A DNA stretch of 57,833 bases from Gemmatimonadota bacterium (GCA_039586795.1 JBDHJS010000020.1:1-57833); one strand, 5' to 3'. Positions 1 through 10,129 are shown, numbered from the stretch's first letter. Notes: generated by a model from the letters alone, not told the origin. Numbers and translations are program-made.

Positions 1-282
1 CTGGAGGTCGACCTGGGCGACGCCGTGTACTTCGATCGCGTCATGATCCAGGAGCCGATCCTCTTTGGACAACGGATCTCGGCTTTCGCGCTCGAGATTC
101 GCGCGAATGGCCAGTGGGCCACCGTGGCTCGAGGAACGACGGTCGGCTACAAGAGGCTTCTTCGAATCGAAGGAGTCGAAGCGGATCGCGTTCGTATCAT
201 CATTGAGCAGGCTAACAACGTCCCCGCACTGTCGAACCTGGGGCTCTTCCGGGCCTCGGCTGGGGAAGCCGTGCGGGAATAG
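1..282 (+). CDS. C-terminal F5/8-type (CBM32-like) domain of a probable alpha-L-fucosidase (GH29); 5' truncated by the window edge
   Basis: Frame is open from base 1: LEVDLGDAVYFDRVMIQEPILFGQRISAF...GTTVGYKRLLR, typical of GH29 C-termini. Confidence 0.7.
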   Translation: MEVDLGDAVYFDRVMIQEPILFGQRISAFALEIRANGQWATVARGTTVGYKRLLRIEGVEADRVRIIIEQANNVPALSNLGLFRASAGEAVRE

Positions 283-298
283 AGTAGGGGAGAAACCC

Positions 299-1402
299 AT
301 GAGCAGTCGCCGATCGGCTCTGATATCGCTCGCCCTGTTATGCGGTGCCACGAACGCGTTCGCCCAGCTCGTTCAGCCACCCGCCGATACGCTTGCCGAG
401 ATTGACCACTTCATCGAGGCCTACATGCAAGACGCCAATATCCCCGGGGGATTGGTGGCCGTGGCTTCCAGGGGCGAGATCGTCCATCTCAGGACGTACG
501 GCTTGGCGAACGTGGAGCTGAGGGTGCCCGTGACGGACAGCACGGTGTTCGAGATCGGCTCGATCAGCAAGCAGTTCGTCGCGGCCGCCGCGATGCTTCA
601 AGTCGAGGACGGCCTGCTCGATCTCGATGAGCCCATTCACCATCGCTTACCCGACCTGCCAAGCGAGTGGCTGGGCGTGACGATGCGGCACCTGCTGACG
701 CACACCTCGGGCATTCCGGACTACGAAGAGATCATGACCTACGATGTGTACGGCTTCCGTCTGACGCCGGAGGAGGTGATTCGCGCCGCGCATTCGCGCC
801 CCATGGACTTTGAGTCCGGTCAAGGCTGGTACTACAGCAACACCGGCTACTTCCTGGCCAGCATGATCGTGGAGCGGGTCGACGGCCGGCCGCTGGGCGA
901 GGTTCTCGAAACTCGAATCTTCGGGCCGCTGGGGATGGGCCAGACACGTCTGGCGGATCCCGAGGATATCATTCCGCACCGGGCGTCCGGCTACTGGGTG
1001 AACAAGCTGGGCGAGCTGATCAACCGACGACCCACCGAGACGTCGTCGACGTTGGGAGCGGGTGGAATCCTCAGCTCGGCCTACGACCTGGCGAAATGGG
1101 ACGAAGCGCTCTACGGAGACGAGCTACTGAGCGCCGAATCCAAGGCGACCATGTGGACCTCGACCGTGCTGCCCAACGGTGAAGACACAGGCTACGCCTT
1201 CGGTTGGGTCGTAAGGCCCTACCAGGACCACACCACACAAAGACACGGAGGACAGGTCGCGGGGTTCGTAGCGAACTTCCACCGATTCCCGGACCAGGAA
1301 GCCGTGTTCATCGTTTTCTTGAATCGCTATCGCGTGAGCAGCGGGCGCGTGAGCTCGGCCGTAATGCACAGGTTTATGCCGAGCCTCGGCCCGATCCCGT
1401 AA
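299..1402 (+). CDS. Serine hydrolase, beta-lactamase class C/PBP-like family, secreted
   Basis: SxxK (SISK), YxN (YSN), LLTHTSG and HGG motifs; signal peptide ending AFA; ATG at 299 after GGGGAG. Confidence 0.9.
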   Translation: MSSRRSALISLALLCGATNAFAQLVQPPADTLAEIDHFIEAYMQDANIPGGLVAVASRGEIVHLRTYGLANVELRVPVTDSTVFEIGSISKQFVAAAAMLQVEDGLLDLDEPIHHRLPDLPSEWLGVTMRHLLTHTSGIPDYEEIMTYDVYGFRLTPEEVIRAAHSRPMDFESGQGWYYSNTGYFLASMIVERVDGRPLGEVLETRIFGPLGMGQTRLADPEDIIPHRASGYWVNKLGELINRRPTETSSTLGAGGILSSAYDLAKWDEALYGDELLSAESKATMWTSTVLPNGEDTGYAFGWVVRPYQDHTTQRHGGQVAGFVANFHRFPDQEAVFIVFLNRYRVSSGRVSSAVMHRFMPSLGPIP

Positions 1403-1518
1403 CGAGACGGCCAAGCCGCGACCCGCCACCGGCTGACAGGTGACACTACCGTTCAGCTTGCACGGTTTGAAGAGAATGACATCAGGTAGGGTGTGATGGC
1501 TCCCGGCGAGATTGTGCA

Positions 1519-2412
1519 ATGAAAGTGCTGGGTCGCGCGGCGCTGTCCGCAGTAGCGGTGGCCCTGACAGTTGTCGTGACATCCACGTTGTCGGGTCAGC
1601 AATTGGACGACACTGCAGATGCGTGCTTGCGATGCCACGCTGCGAGACCAGAAACCCCGGGCAGAGGCATCAGTGTTGAGCGGTTTGCGGCATCAGTGCA
1701 TGCGTCGCTTGGGTGCAAGGTTTGTCATTCTACGGGATACGAGCGGTTCCCACACAGCGCAACCCAAGAGCAAAAGGCCGGAGATTGCTCATCCTGCCAT
1801 ATCGGTAACGAGCCCCCTTACCACTTTGGCTGGATCGCGAACGAAGTCCGTGCCAGCGTCCACGGTCGACTCGTGTCCGAGACCTTTGCCTGCACCGAAT
1901 GCCATGACCCACATGAGTACCTTCCCTCCCACAGGTCGGCGGATCTGAGAGCGGCCATCGCAGAAGCCAACAGTCGCTGCCTGACATGTCACGCCCTGGA
2001 GGGTGAGCTGGCCGTAGAAGACGAGCGGCATTCCTTGGCCCAACTGAGGCGAGCTCACGCGTTCTTACCGCGCCTCGTCAGTCATGCAAGATCTGCCCGC
2101 TGCGTCGAGTGCCATACACCTGGCCGTGAGCAGACCGTGCATCTGATCCTCTCCGCGAAGAGCGCCGTTCGCGAGTGCGTCGAATGCCACACGGCGAACT
2201 CCGCATTGACAGAGAAACTCTTCCGCCACATGGCGACGGAGGATCGGCAGTCCGGCTTTCTTAACTCGGTGATTCTGAACAACTACTACATGGTTGGCGC
2301 GACGCAGAACAAGATGCTGGATGAGTTCATGTGGGGTCTGTTCGGGTTGTCGCTTCTGGGAATCCTCCTTCATGGCGCAACGCGCTTGGCAACAGGGAGG
2401 AAGCGCGCGTGA
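1519..2412 (+). CDS. Heptaheme c-type cytochrome with C-terminal membrane anchor
   Basis: Seven CxxCH motifs (CLRCH, CKVCH, CSSCH, CTECH, CLTCH, CVECH, CVECH), N-terminal signal and C-terminal hydrophobic helix containing His. Confidence 0.9.
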   Translation: MKVLGRAALSAVAVALTVVVTSTLSGQQLDDTADACLRCHAARPETPGRGISVERFAASVHASLGCKVCHSTGYERFPHSATQEQKAGDCSSCHIGNEPPYHFGWIANEVRASVHGRLVSETFACTECHDPHEYLPSHRSADLRAAIAEANSRCLTCHALEGELAVEDERHSLAQLRRAHAFLPRLVSHARSARCVECHTPGREQTVHLILSAKSAVRECVECHTANSALTEKLFRHMATEDRQSGFLNSVILNNYYMVGATQNKMLDEFMWGLFGLSLLGILLHGATRLATGRKRA

Positions 2413-3041
2413 AGAAGATTCTACTCTATCCGACGTGGGTGCGATCCTGGCACTGGATCAACGTGATTTTGTTTGTGTTGCTCATATGGACCGGTGTGGA
2501 GCTCCATTTCGCGAGGCCACGAACGGCAGGTTTCGGCTTTCAGACCTCCCGCGTGATTCACAACGCGGCAGGCATTCTGCTCACCGTCAACTACCTCGTC
2601 TTCCTGCTCGGGAACCTGTTGACTCGAAACGGCAGGTACTACGTACCGAACCTCGGAGACATTACCAGGGGCATAGCACGGCAATTGCGTTTCTACGTAT
2701 GGGGGATCTTCCGGGGAGAGCCGCCCCCTTATCCGCACAGCGAGGTACGGAAGTTCAATCCACTGCAAAAGATCACGTACGCGGTCGTGATGTACGCGAT
2801 TCTCCCGCTGATGATCGTCGGCGGCTGGTTGATGTTCTTTCCCGACAAGATTCCGGGAGAGATTATCGGGATCCAGGGCAGGCTATTCTACGCCCTGACG
2901 CATACGTTCTTGGGGTGGCTCTTGGGCTTGTTCATGATGGTGCACATCTACCTCGGCACCACGGGCAATACTCCTACAGAGTTGTACAAAGGGATCCTCA
3001 CGGGCTGGATCCGTGCGCACGACGGCGACGGGGCCAAGTAG
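2409..3041 (+). CDS. Di-heme cytochrome b (PhsC/YdhU/hydrogenase b-type family)
   Basis: R-x-WHW-x-N, IHN, KFNPLQK, THT and VHIYL motifs across 4 TM helices; GTG overlaps the upstream stop (GTGA). Confidence 0.9.
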   Translation: MKKILLYPTWVRSWHWINVILFVLLIWTGVELHFARPRTAGFGFQTSRVIHNAAGILLTVNYLVFLLGNLLTRNGRYYVPNLGDITRGIARQLRFYVWGIFRGEPPPYPHSEVRKFNPLQKITYAVVMYAILPLMIVGGWLMFFPDKIPGEIIGIQGRLFYALTHTFLGWLLGLFMMVHIYLGTTGNTPTELYKGILTGWIRAHDGDGAK

Positions 3042-3105
3042 GTCAGCGGGCGATTGCAGGGCACATCTTGTTGGGCACTTTGCGTTGAAGACCTGCGAGC
3101 CGCGA

Positions 3106-3249
3106 TCAGAGCAACGCTGCGGCCAGTGTTGCCAGCCCCAGAAAACTCAGGAACCCAACCACGTCCGTCACCGTCGTCAGGATGATCGAGGACGCCTGTG
3201 CCGGATCCTGCTTCAGAATGGTCAAGACCATCGGTACCGCAGCGCCGGC
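3106..3249 (-). pseudogene. mgtE: Remnant of the MgtE magnesium transporter C-terminus
   Basis: Manual translation gives [47 protein letters not shown], matching the MgtE DPA..S...TT.TD..G signature; upstream sequence in this frame is unrelated. Confidence 0.75.
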
Positions 3250-3361
3250 CCATCGACCGGAACTCGGAGTTCCTGGACAGGATGGCGCAGATGCTGCTGC
3301 CGCCTCAATAGCCGCGCCCGAGCTGTGATGGTTCAGGGTCAGTAGAATGAGGCGTCTCCAG

Positions 3362-3595
3362 CTACAAGAACCAGGAGAAACGCCGGAACGTTAGAGCGAC
3401 GAAAAGGACTGCGCCTGCTGCCGCCAAGAGGATCACGGTGTCCAGCGCGTCCAGGTCCTGAGACGTGCCGCCCGGGTCGACGGCCTCTTCTGCCCCCTCA
3501 GCCTGATCGGAATGAGCCGAGCAGAAGCGAGTACCCTCAGGGACCTGTCGTTTGCAGCGTGCCCCGGACTTCGTCTTGCCATGGCATCTATCCAC
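3362..3595 (-). CDS. Small membrane-anchored protein with a CCCH zinc-finger-like N-terminus (DUF5763-like)
   Basis: [14 protein letters not shown]...FCSAH followed by a C-terminal TM helix; AGGAGG RBS upstream. Confidence 0.7.
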   Translation of the reverse strand: MDRCHGKTKSGARCKRQVPEGTRFCSAHSDQAEGAEEAVDPGGTSQDLDALDTVILLAAAGAVLFVALTFRRFSWFL

Positions 3596-3739
3596 GTTTC
3601 CGCCTCCTGTTCTCTTATCCTACGGATCCTGGACCAGATCAGATTCATGTGAGAGGATCAGAGTCTTGCGCTGACTGTTCTGTAAGTTGCATAATCGTGT
3701 CGACTCCAGCGATGGTCCATTCAGAGGGAGGGGAAGAGG

Positions 3740-3946
3740 ATGGCGAAGCAGACGACTTACGTGATCCGGAGCAGTGCGGACGGGTGGGTGGTCCAGAAGG
3801 AAGGCAAGAAGTCGCCGGAGAGTAAGCACAAGAAGAAAGAAGTAGCGGTCAAGAAGGGTCGATCGCTGGCTAAGCGCGCAAAAGGCGTGCTGAAGATCAA
3901 AGCAAAGAACGGGAAGATTCAGGCGAAGCGGAACTACGGGACTTAG
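3740..3946 (+). CDS. Small basic DUF2188-like protein
   Basis: GWVV..EG...K..A...GR.LAK.....L.I...NGKIQ pattern; purine-rich RBS. Confidence 0.75.
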   Translation: MAKQTTYVIRSSADGWVVQKEGKKSPESKHKKKEVAVKKGRSLAKRAKGVLKIKAKNGKIQAKRNYGT

Positions 3947-4021
3947 TTCCGGTCGGACTTCGCAGTCTGATCACACCGGGCGGTAGGCCGGACCCAGTCC
4001 AGGGTAGACGGAGGTGGGCGG

Positions 4022-5662
4022 CTATGGGGATGTGTTAATTCCCAGCGCCGTGCCGTCGCGCCGCACGTCAGCCACGCCCTGGAACCCGGGTCCTGCCTGC
4101 CGCTTGAGAACCGCCTGCACGCAACCCAGGTAATAAGCGAACGGCTCTAACGCACTGAGCTTGTAGCCGAGGGTGCGAAGGTAGTCCGTAACCTCTAGGT
4201 TGAACCGGCTCGCTTCCAGACTCAGCTTGCCACCGATAGAGCAGTGGAATCGCGGTTCCATCATCGCGGCTTCGATGGAGTCTGATCCATCGATAACGCG
4301 TACCAGGAACTGGGCCAGGGTTGAGAGAATGCGCTGGCTGCCGGGACTGCCGAGGGCGAGCCAGGCCTCCTTCTGCCGGAAGACGATGGTCGGTGCGGTC
4401 GAGGACCAGGGTGTGGCGTTGGGCCGCAGGTAGTAGGGGTGCGCCGGGTTGTCTAGCTCCAACGAGCTCATGTAGTTGTTGTAGAGAAACCCGAGCCCAT
4501 CGGCTGCCACCTTTGCGCCATAGGTCAGCTCGATCGACTGGGTCATGGCCACCGCGTTGCCATCCGCGTCCATGATCGAGAAATGCGTCGTGTCGTCGGC
4601 TTCCGATCCCGCCGGCTCCTCGATGGGCAGCTCGGCGTCGATGTCATCGGCAATCCCCAGGGCGATCCGCCGGGCGAAGTCCCGACTCAACATCCGCTCG
4701 CCTCTGATTTGTGGATAGGTGTCGGCGTCGAATGGGCGGTCTTTGCGTTGTAGAAAAGCCTTGCGGAATGCCTCCGCCATGAAGTGAAAACGACTCGGCT
4801 CGCGTCGCCCGAGAAAGCCGGACTCGAGGTTGCTGAGGATCATGAGGACGAGAAGTAGCGTGCGTCCGGAGCCGGGCGGCGGCATCGTCTGCACCAGCAG
4901 GCTTCGATAGCGGCGGGCGAGGGGTCGGCGTTCGATCGGCCAGGGGATGAGCGCCAGGTCCTCGACTCGAATGAAACCGTCGTTGGCGCGCATGTCGGCG
5001 TCAATCTGCGCCGCTATCTCGCCCAGGTAGAAGGCCTCCGCTCCCTGGCGGGCGATGACCTCAAGAACGTTGGCTAGCTCGGGCTGACGAAACCGGTCGC
5101 CGGGCGCGTACGGCTCGCGGCCGCCTTTGAGGAAGTAGCGTGCGCCGGAGTGAGACTCCACGGAAAGCAAGCTATCCAGCTCTCGAAACTGGAGATTCTG
5201 CTGCAGCTGGGTGATGTGGTAGCCGTCACGAGCGATCCGAATCGCCGGCTCGAGCAAACTGGGCCAGTCAAGCCTACCGTACGTGCGGCTCAGCCAGGCA
5301 TAGGTGGCTACGGTGCTGGGAACCGTAGCTGCGCGGAAGCCGATACGGCGCTGTTCGGAACTGATGCGTGAACGATGGGCGAGCGACGGCACGCGGCTGG
5401 ACCCATCGATGGCCACAGTACGACCCTCGAAGTGCAGCAACCCGGTGCACTGTCCCCCCAGGCCGCTGGCCTGCGGTTCGCACACGGCCAAAGCCAGACC
5501 TACGGCGCATGCGGCGTCCACCGCGTTGCCGCCCTGGGCGAGCATCTGGATTCCCGCCGCGCTCGCGGCGGGGAAAGCCGATGAGACGATGCCTGCCTCA
5601 CCGACGGCACACTTATCGTCGTGCGTTGGCGCGAAGGAGTCCTCGACGCGGCGGATGCGCAC
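4022..5662 (-). CDS. ggt: Gamma-glutamyltransferase family Ntn hydrolase, no signal peptide
   Basis: GGNAVDAA, EPQASGLGG, nucleophile TTHFS, GFLYNN and GSPGS motifs. Confidence 0.92.
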   Translation of the reverse strand: MRIRRVEDSFAPTHDDKCAVGEAGIVSSAFPAASAAGIQMLAQGGNAVDAACAVGLALAVCEPQASGLGGQCTGLLHFEGRTVAIDGSSRVPSLAHRSRISSEQRRIGFRAATVPSTVATYAWLSRTYGRLDWPSLLEPAIRIARDGYHITQLQQNLQFRELDSLLSVESHSGARYFLKGGREPYAPGDRFRQPELANVLEVIARQGAEAFYLGEIAAQIDADMRANDGFIRVEDLALIPWPIERRPLARRYRSLLVQTMPPPGSGRTLLLVLMILSNLESGFLGRREPSRFHFMAEAFRKAFLQRKDRPFDADTYPQIRGERMLSRDFARRIALGIADDIDAELPIEEPAGSEADDTTHFSIMDADGNAVAMTQSIELTYGAKVAADGLGFLYNNYMSSLELDNPAHPYYLRPNATPWSSTAPTIVFRQKEAWLALGSPGSQRILSTLAQFLVRVIDGSDSIEAAMMEPRFHCSIGGKLSLEASRFNLEVTDYLRTLGYKLSALEPFAYYLGCVQAVLKRQAGPGFQGVADVRRDGTALGINTSP

Positions 5663-5665
5663 TCG

Positions 5666-7834
5666 TTACTCCGATTGCAGGCGGCAGTGGCGGATCACCA
5701 TGGCGAGTAGCGCAGCGTGCTCGATGAGCGAGCTGCCTATGATGTACTCCCGTTCCGTGCGCTCGTCGCCACCGATCGGTCCCGCCCCATCGATCTTGGG
5801 GACTTCATCGGGAGCGAAACAGAGGTCGGACGAGTGCCACCGGTGACCGGCCAAAACGGGCACGTTCAGCCTTCTGGCGATCGCGGCGATCTCGTCGTAG
5901 AAGCCCTGATTGGCAGCGTTGCTTACTAGTGGCGGGCGACGCAGGCCGCCGGACACGTGGAAGCGCACGCCGCTCCGGGAGCGCTGTCGCCCGACGGTCC
6001 TGATACGATCCAGCAGCGCCGCGCCATCTTCGGGTCGGTTGAACCTCACGGTCACTGTCGCTTCGGCCGACTCGGGCAAGCGACCAAATGGAGCATCGAC
6101 GCCGATTCGTCTCACGCTGACATGAATCCCCGCTTCGGGATCCGAGAGCTTCTGCAACGCGCTGAGGCGACGGAACAGGTGTCCGATCACTTGTTCCGCT
6201 GCAGCCTCAAACTTGCCCTTACCGTAAACGGCCTCCAGATGGAACGTGGCGCGCCCGGCCCGCGAGATGATGAGCTCGCCATGTTCACCCGCGGCTTTGA
6301 GGCCGACTACGTGGCGAGCACGTTTGGTGTGCTGTTCGACTATCGACCGTCCGTTGACTCCGTTTAGCGTGTCATCGCTCGTGAGCAGCAACCCGCAGCG
6401 GACGGAGGGTAGGGCCCGGGCGAAGCGCAGCGCACGCAGGGCGGCGAGCGCCACGGCGATGCCGCCCTTGTTTTCGGCGATCCCGCTGCCGAGCAGTCTG
6501 TTTCCCTGTCTGTTGAACGGCACGAAGGCGCGCTCGGGAATGGCCGAGTCCAGGTGCCCCAGCAGCAGGATGTCGTCCTCTTCCTCTTCGTGATTGGAGA
6601 AGTAGAGCACATTACCCACCTGTACCTGGGGATAGACGCTCACCACAAAGCCGATCTGTCGGAGTTGCGCAGCAAGCCACTCGCCGAATGCGTTCACGCG
6701 CTCCGCATCTCGGGCGGGCGTGCGCATGTTGACCATTTTCTCCAGCGTAGATTCGATGGTCTCCGCCTGACTGCGAAGGTAGGTGCGTATTCTGGCGGAG
6801 AGCTTTTCCGGCTTAGTTTGAGTCGCCCGCTTCGCGGACGCTTCTGTGAGATATTCCTGACCAAAATAGCGTACCGCGGCGACATCGAGGATACGATTGA
6901 TGAGATCGTCGTAGCTGTATCCAGCGACCTTCGCCGCGTGCACAAACGATCCCGTGGGACCGAGGCTGGCCATCGAGTTGATCTCAAGGATGTACGGGTT
7001 GTCTGCCTCGTCCAGGCGGATGTCCACGCGGGCAAAGTCGAATAGCTGCAGGGAGCCGAAAGCTCGTTTCACCAGCGCCTGCAGGTCAGCCGTCAGCTCT
7101 GGCGTGAGTGGGGCGGGGCAGATCTTCCCGCGCGGTTCCTCGAGCTTGTCTTGAGCGCTCTGAATTGCAGTCGGGTCACCGTCCAGGTCGATCTCGACGA
7201 CAGGGAATACCTCCGGATCCTGATTACCAAGCAATCCTATGGCCAGCTCACGCCCGCGGATGAACTCTTCGACGAGAACGTGTTGCTGGAATTCGCCTAT
7301 GAGTTCCGCGACCGCTTCCCGGAGGTCCGCCTCGATATGCACGACTCGGATTCCATACGATACCGCCTCCATCTTCGGCTTCACGATGACCGGAAAGGTC
7401 AGATCCCCAAACTCGTCTTCGGGAGTGGCGAAGTTCCAGAAGCGTGGCGTAGGGAGACCAGCATCGCGAAAGACGATCTTGGCTATGACCTTGTCCAGCG
7501 CCAGGCCGTGGGCCATCGGGTTCGAGCCGACATAGGGCAACCCCAGCATCTCGAGCATCGACGGAAGATGCGTATAGCGACTTACCCCCTGGATTCCGTA
7601 TGCCATGTTGAAGACCATGCCCGGGCGCTCGCCTTCGATGACCTGAGGCATGAAATCACGAAGCTGATCCACGACGTGCATGTTACCGTCGATGATACGA
7701 ACGGCATGACCGCCCTTCTCGAGCGCCGACGCTACGCGCTCTACCGTGCGCGGGTTGTACGTTTCCCGGTTCTGGGGTCCGAAGACGTTGATGACGCCGG
7801 TCCGGTCGGTGTTGTGAACGACGGCTACTTTCAT
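5666..7834 (-). CDS. D-Ala-D-Ala-ligase-like ATP-grasp domain fused to an M20 (carboxypeptidase G2-like) domain
   Basis: N-terminal LDKV.AK, PVIVKP, VEEFI.GRE, ARVDIR and LEIN; C-terminal LLGHLD, G.GIAENKGG and dimerisation region. Confidence 0.85.
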   Translation of the reverse strand: MKVAVVHNTDRTGVINVFGPQNRETYNPRTVERVASALEKGGHAVRIIDGNMHVVDQLRDFMPQVIEGERPGMVFNMAYGIQGVSRYTHLPSMLEMLGLPYVGSNPMAHGLALDKVIAKIVFRDAGLPTPRFWNFATPEDEFGDLTFPVIVKPKMEAVSYGIRVVHIEADLREAVAELIGEFQQHVLVEEFIRGRELAIGLLGNQDPEVFPVVEIDLDGDPTAIQSAQDKLEEPRGKICPAPLTPELTADLQALVKRAFGSLQLFDFARVDIRLDEADNPYILEINSMASLGPTGSFVHAAKVAGYSYDDLINRILDVAAVRYFGQEYLTEASAKRATQTKPEKLSARIRTYLRSQAETIESTLEKMVNMRTPARDAERVNAFGEWLAAQLRQIGFVVSVYPQVQVGNVLYFSNHEEEEDDILLLGHLDSAIPERAFVPFNRQGNRLLGSGIAENKGGIAVALAALRALRFARALPSVRCGLLLTSDDTLNGVNGRSIVEQHTKRARHVVGLKAAGEHGELIISRAGRATFHLEAVYGKGKFEAAAEQVIGHLFRRLSALQKLSDPEAGIHVSVRRIGVDAPFGRLPESAEATVTVRFNRPEDGAALLDRIRTVGRQRSRSGVRFHVSGGLRRPPLVSNAANQGFYDEIAAIARRLNVPVLAGHRWHSSDLCFAPDEVPKIDGAGPIGGDERTEREYIIGSSLIEHAALLAMVIRHCRLQSE

Positions 7835-7965
7835 GTGAGATCGTGTTGGTCAGCCGTCTTGTAGAAACGGCTGAGGGGTCTGTGAGCCCGTACTATGGGC
7901 TTTAGAGCGAAAGCTATATCGATGGCGAAGGCACGGGAATATCTCTGAGGGCGGAGTCGAAGCTA

Positions 7966-7997
7966 GAAGGGGGCGCCAGTGAACCGGCGACCCCTTC
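7966..7997. terminator. Imperfect GC-rich hairpin, probable terminator of the minus-strand metabolic operon
   Basis: GAAGGGGGCGCC...GGCGACCCCTTC, just downstream of the stop at 8022. Confidence 0.5.
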
Positions 7998-8021
7998 CTA
8001 TGCCGACCGCTCTGTCAGCTC

Positions 8022-10115
8022 TCACACGGCCATCGTTCGTGCGTACTCGGCTCCGACTATCCCCTGTCGGCAGGTATCGGAGTTCAGGAAGTCGGCGGCG
8101 AGCTTAGCCGAAACCTCCAACGCCGCGGAGAGGGGCAGGGCACCGGCCTGGTTCAGGCAGTCAATGATGGCGCCGCGGGCCGTTTCCATCTCCGGTGAGC
8201 CCGCGGGTGGAAGGTCGCCGAAGTCGGTGGGTATCCCCTTCAGCGCGCCTTCCTCGACGGGCCTCTGCTTTAGCCCGTGGTCACCATCGCTGGCCACCTT
8301 CCAGGCCATCGCCAGGGCCTGATCCATCGGTCCGGCGTAGTCGACCAACCAACCTTGGGCGTCGGTGGCCCGGATCGGTTGTCCGGTGAGCAGCAGGTGC
8401 AGCAACTTGGGCCAGTGGTCGGGGTCAGCTTTGCGCAGCGGCCAGTGGCAGCCCTCCATGCCGGGAACCACCGGCAGCGTCACTTCGGGCCAACCGAGCT
8501 GGGCATCATCCACCGTCACCAGGTAGTGACAGTGCATCAGCGCCTCGAGCATGCCGCCCAGGCAGCGCTTACCGTTCACGAAGCCGACGGAGACCTTGAA
8601 CTCGTCGTTGAAGCGGCGTGCCGTCGAGGACCAGCCGTGGGTGATCTTGTAGCCGTCCTCGAAGTTCTCCAGCGCCGAGAAGAAGTCGCTGGTGTCGGCG
8701 CCGATCATCTGGGTAGCGATGTGGAAGTCGCCCGTGACGATCACCCGATCGATGGCCTCGGCCTTAAGCCAGTCGATGGCCCGGTTGAGCTCGTGATCGA
8801 CGTCCCAGTTGTAGCTTTCACGATTAATCGTGATCAGGCCGACCTCGCCGTTGTGCTCGGCGTTGACGTACAACTGCTGCCAGTCGGCGCTCTCCATTCC
8901 GTCGAAGGCATCCGGGAACCAGCTCTTACCCTTCTTCGCTTGCGGGTGCAGCTGGTGATAGGCCTCGACGGTGCCGATCACCTTGTCGGGGCCCAGGTCG
9001 CGGACGACCGCCAGGATGCCGCGCCGGAACTGGGCGCACAGCTCCCCGATGGCGTTCAAATGCGAGAAGTGGCCGCGGTTCTCGTGGAGCATGAGGCTGG
9101 TCATCTGGAACATCGGTCCGAGGATCCAGCTCGCGAATTCCTCCTCCGCTCCGTCCTTCAGCGCCCAGTCGACCAGCGGCCGGAAGTGGTTGGGCGGATA
9201 CCAGGTTTGACCGGTTTCCTTCCGCTCCTCCAGCACAGCGGTGGGTTGGAAAAGCTCGCCGTAGGTCCCGGCCAGGTGGTGCAGGCAGGACCAGGTCAGG
9301 AAGTCGGCGCCCTTCGCCCCGATGGCGTCGTGGGCCCGGAACGGGTTAGGTCCCAGCAGCTTGCGGGTGAACTTGTCGATCTTCCAGAACGGCATGTTAC
9401 TGGCGTCGTGATAGCGCAGACCGGCCAGCGTCACGCCGCAGAACAGCACGTCGAGGATGAACGACCAGTTGTCGCTCACTGGTAGCGGGATCAGGCCCAT
9501 CGACCAGAACATCTGGGTGATGGCGGACGGCTCGGGCTCGACGATCTCCCACACCTTGTTTATCTCGTGGGGGAACGCCGGGTGAGCGATGCCGACGCCC
9601 AACTCGGAGGCGGGGAAGCCGGAGGTGACGGACCGGATCTCGATTCCCGGTACGGCCTCGCGGAACATCTTGTAGTGCGCCCGCTTGATCTCGAGAATCT
9701 CGGGGATCGCCTCCAACAAGAAGCGCGGGTTGAGGGCGCTCAGTTCATCTGGAAGACGCTTGCCGTCGTAACTCATGCGGGTGATGTTGGCCATGATTCG
9801 GTCGGCGCCCTCGCGTCCGAACGCGTCAACCAGGCCCGGGTACTTGGCACCGATACCGTCGGGCGCGCTGGGGAAGTCCAACCCCACGACCCGCACGCCG
9901 AAGGGCTGCAGCCGTGAGCCGAGCTGCATCGCCTTGCCGGCCCCGACGATTCCGTTGGCTCCGGAAATAACCAGCGAGCCCCGCTGTCCCGAATTCCCGA
10001 ACACTTGATCGACCAGGTCGCCGGTATCGGCGGGGGTCCGTCCGTTCTGAAATATGTCGATGACATTCCCCAGGCCCATCGTCTGGAGTGTCGGTTCTCT
10101 CATTGCCTTGGACAT
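8022..10115 (-). CDS. Bifunctional 3-hydroxyacyl-CoA dehydrogenase (N-terminal) / enoyl-CoA hydratase (C-terminal)
   Basis: Rossmann SGANGIVG and EAIPE.L.IK; C-terminal crotonase motif NGKRCLGGMLE...LGWPEV.L...PG with both Glu; ATG at 10115 after GGGAGA. Confidence 0.8.
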   Translation of the reverse strand: MSKAMREPTLQTMGLGNVIDIFQNGRTPADTGDLVDQVFGNSGQRGSLVISGANGIVGAGKAMQLGSRLQPFGVRVVGLDFPSAPDGIGAKYPGLVDAFGREGADRIMANITRMSYDGKRLPDELSALNPRFLLEAIPEILEIKRAHYKMFREAVPGIEIRSVTSGFPASELGVGIAHPAFPHEINKVWEIVEPEPSAITQMFWSMGLIPLPVSDNWSFILDVLFCGVTLAGLRYHDASNMPFWKIDKFTRKLLGPNPFRAHDAIGAKGADFLTWSCLHHLAGTYGELFQPTAVLEERKETGQTWYPPNHFRPLVDWALKDGAEEEFASWILGPMFQMTSLMLHENRGHFSHLNAIGELCAQFRRGILAVVRDLGPDKVIGTVEAYHQLHPQAKKGKSWFPDAFDGMESADWQQLYVNAEHNGEVGLITINRESYNWDVDHELNRAIDWLKAEAIDRVIVTGDFHIATQMIGADTSDFFSALENFEDGYKITHGWSSTARRFNDEFKVSVGFVNGKRCLGGMLEALMHCHYLVTVDDAQLGWPEVTLPVVPGMEGCHWPLRKADPDHWPKLLHLLLTGQPIRATDAQGWLVDYAGPMDQALAMAWKVASDGDHGLKQRPVEEGALKGIPTDFGDLPPAGSPEMETARGAIIDCLNQAGALPLSAALEVSAKLAADFLNSDTCRQGIVGAEYARTMAV

Positions 10116-10129
10116 GTTTCTATATCTCC

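Noticed and set aside
299..1402. Antibiotic-resistance call for the beta-lactamase-family protein (and the penicillin acylase)
   Set aside because: Family motifs do not establish the substrate; most members are peptidases, esterases or amidases.
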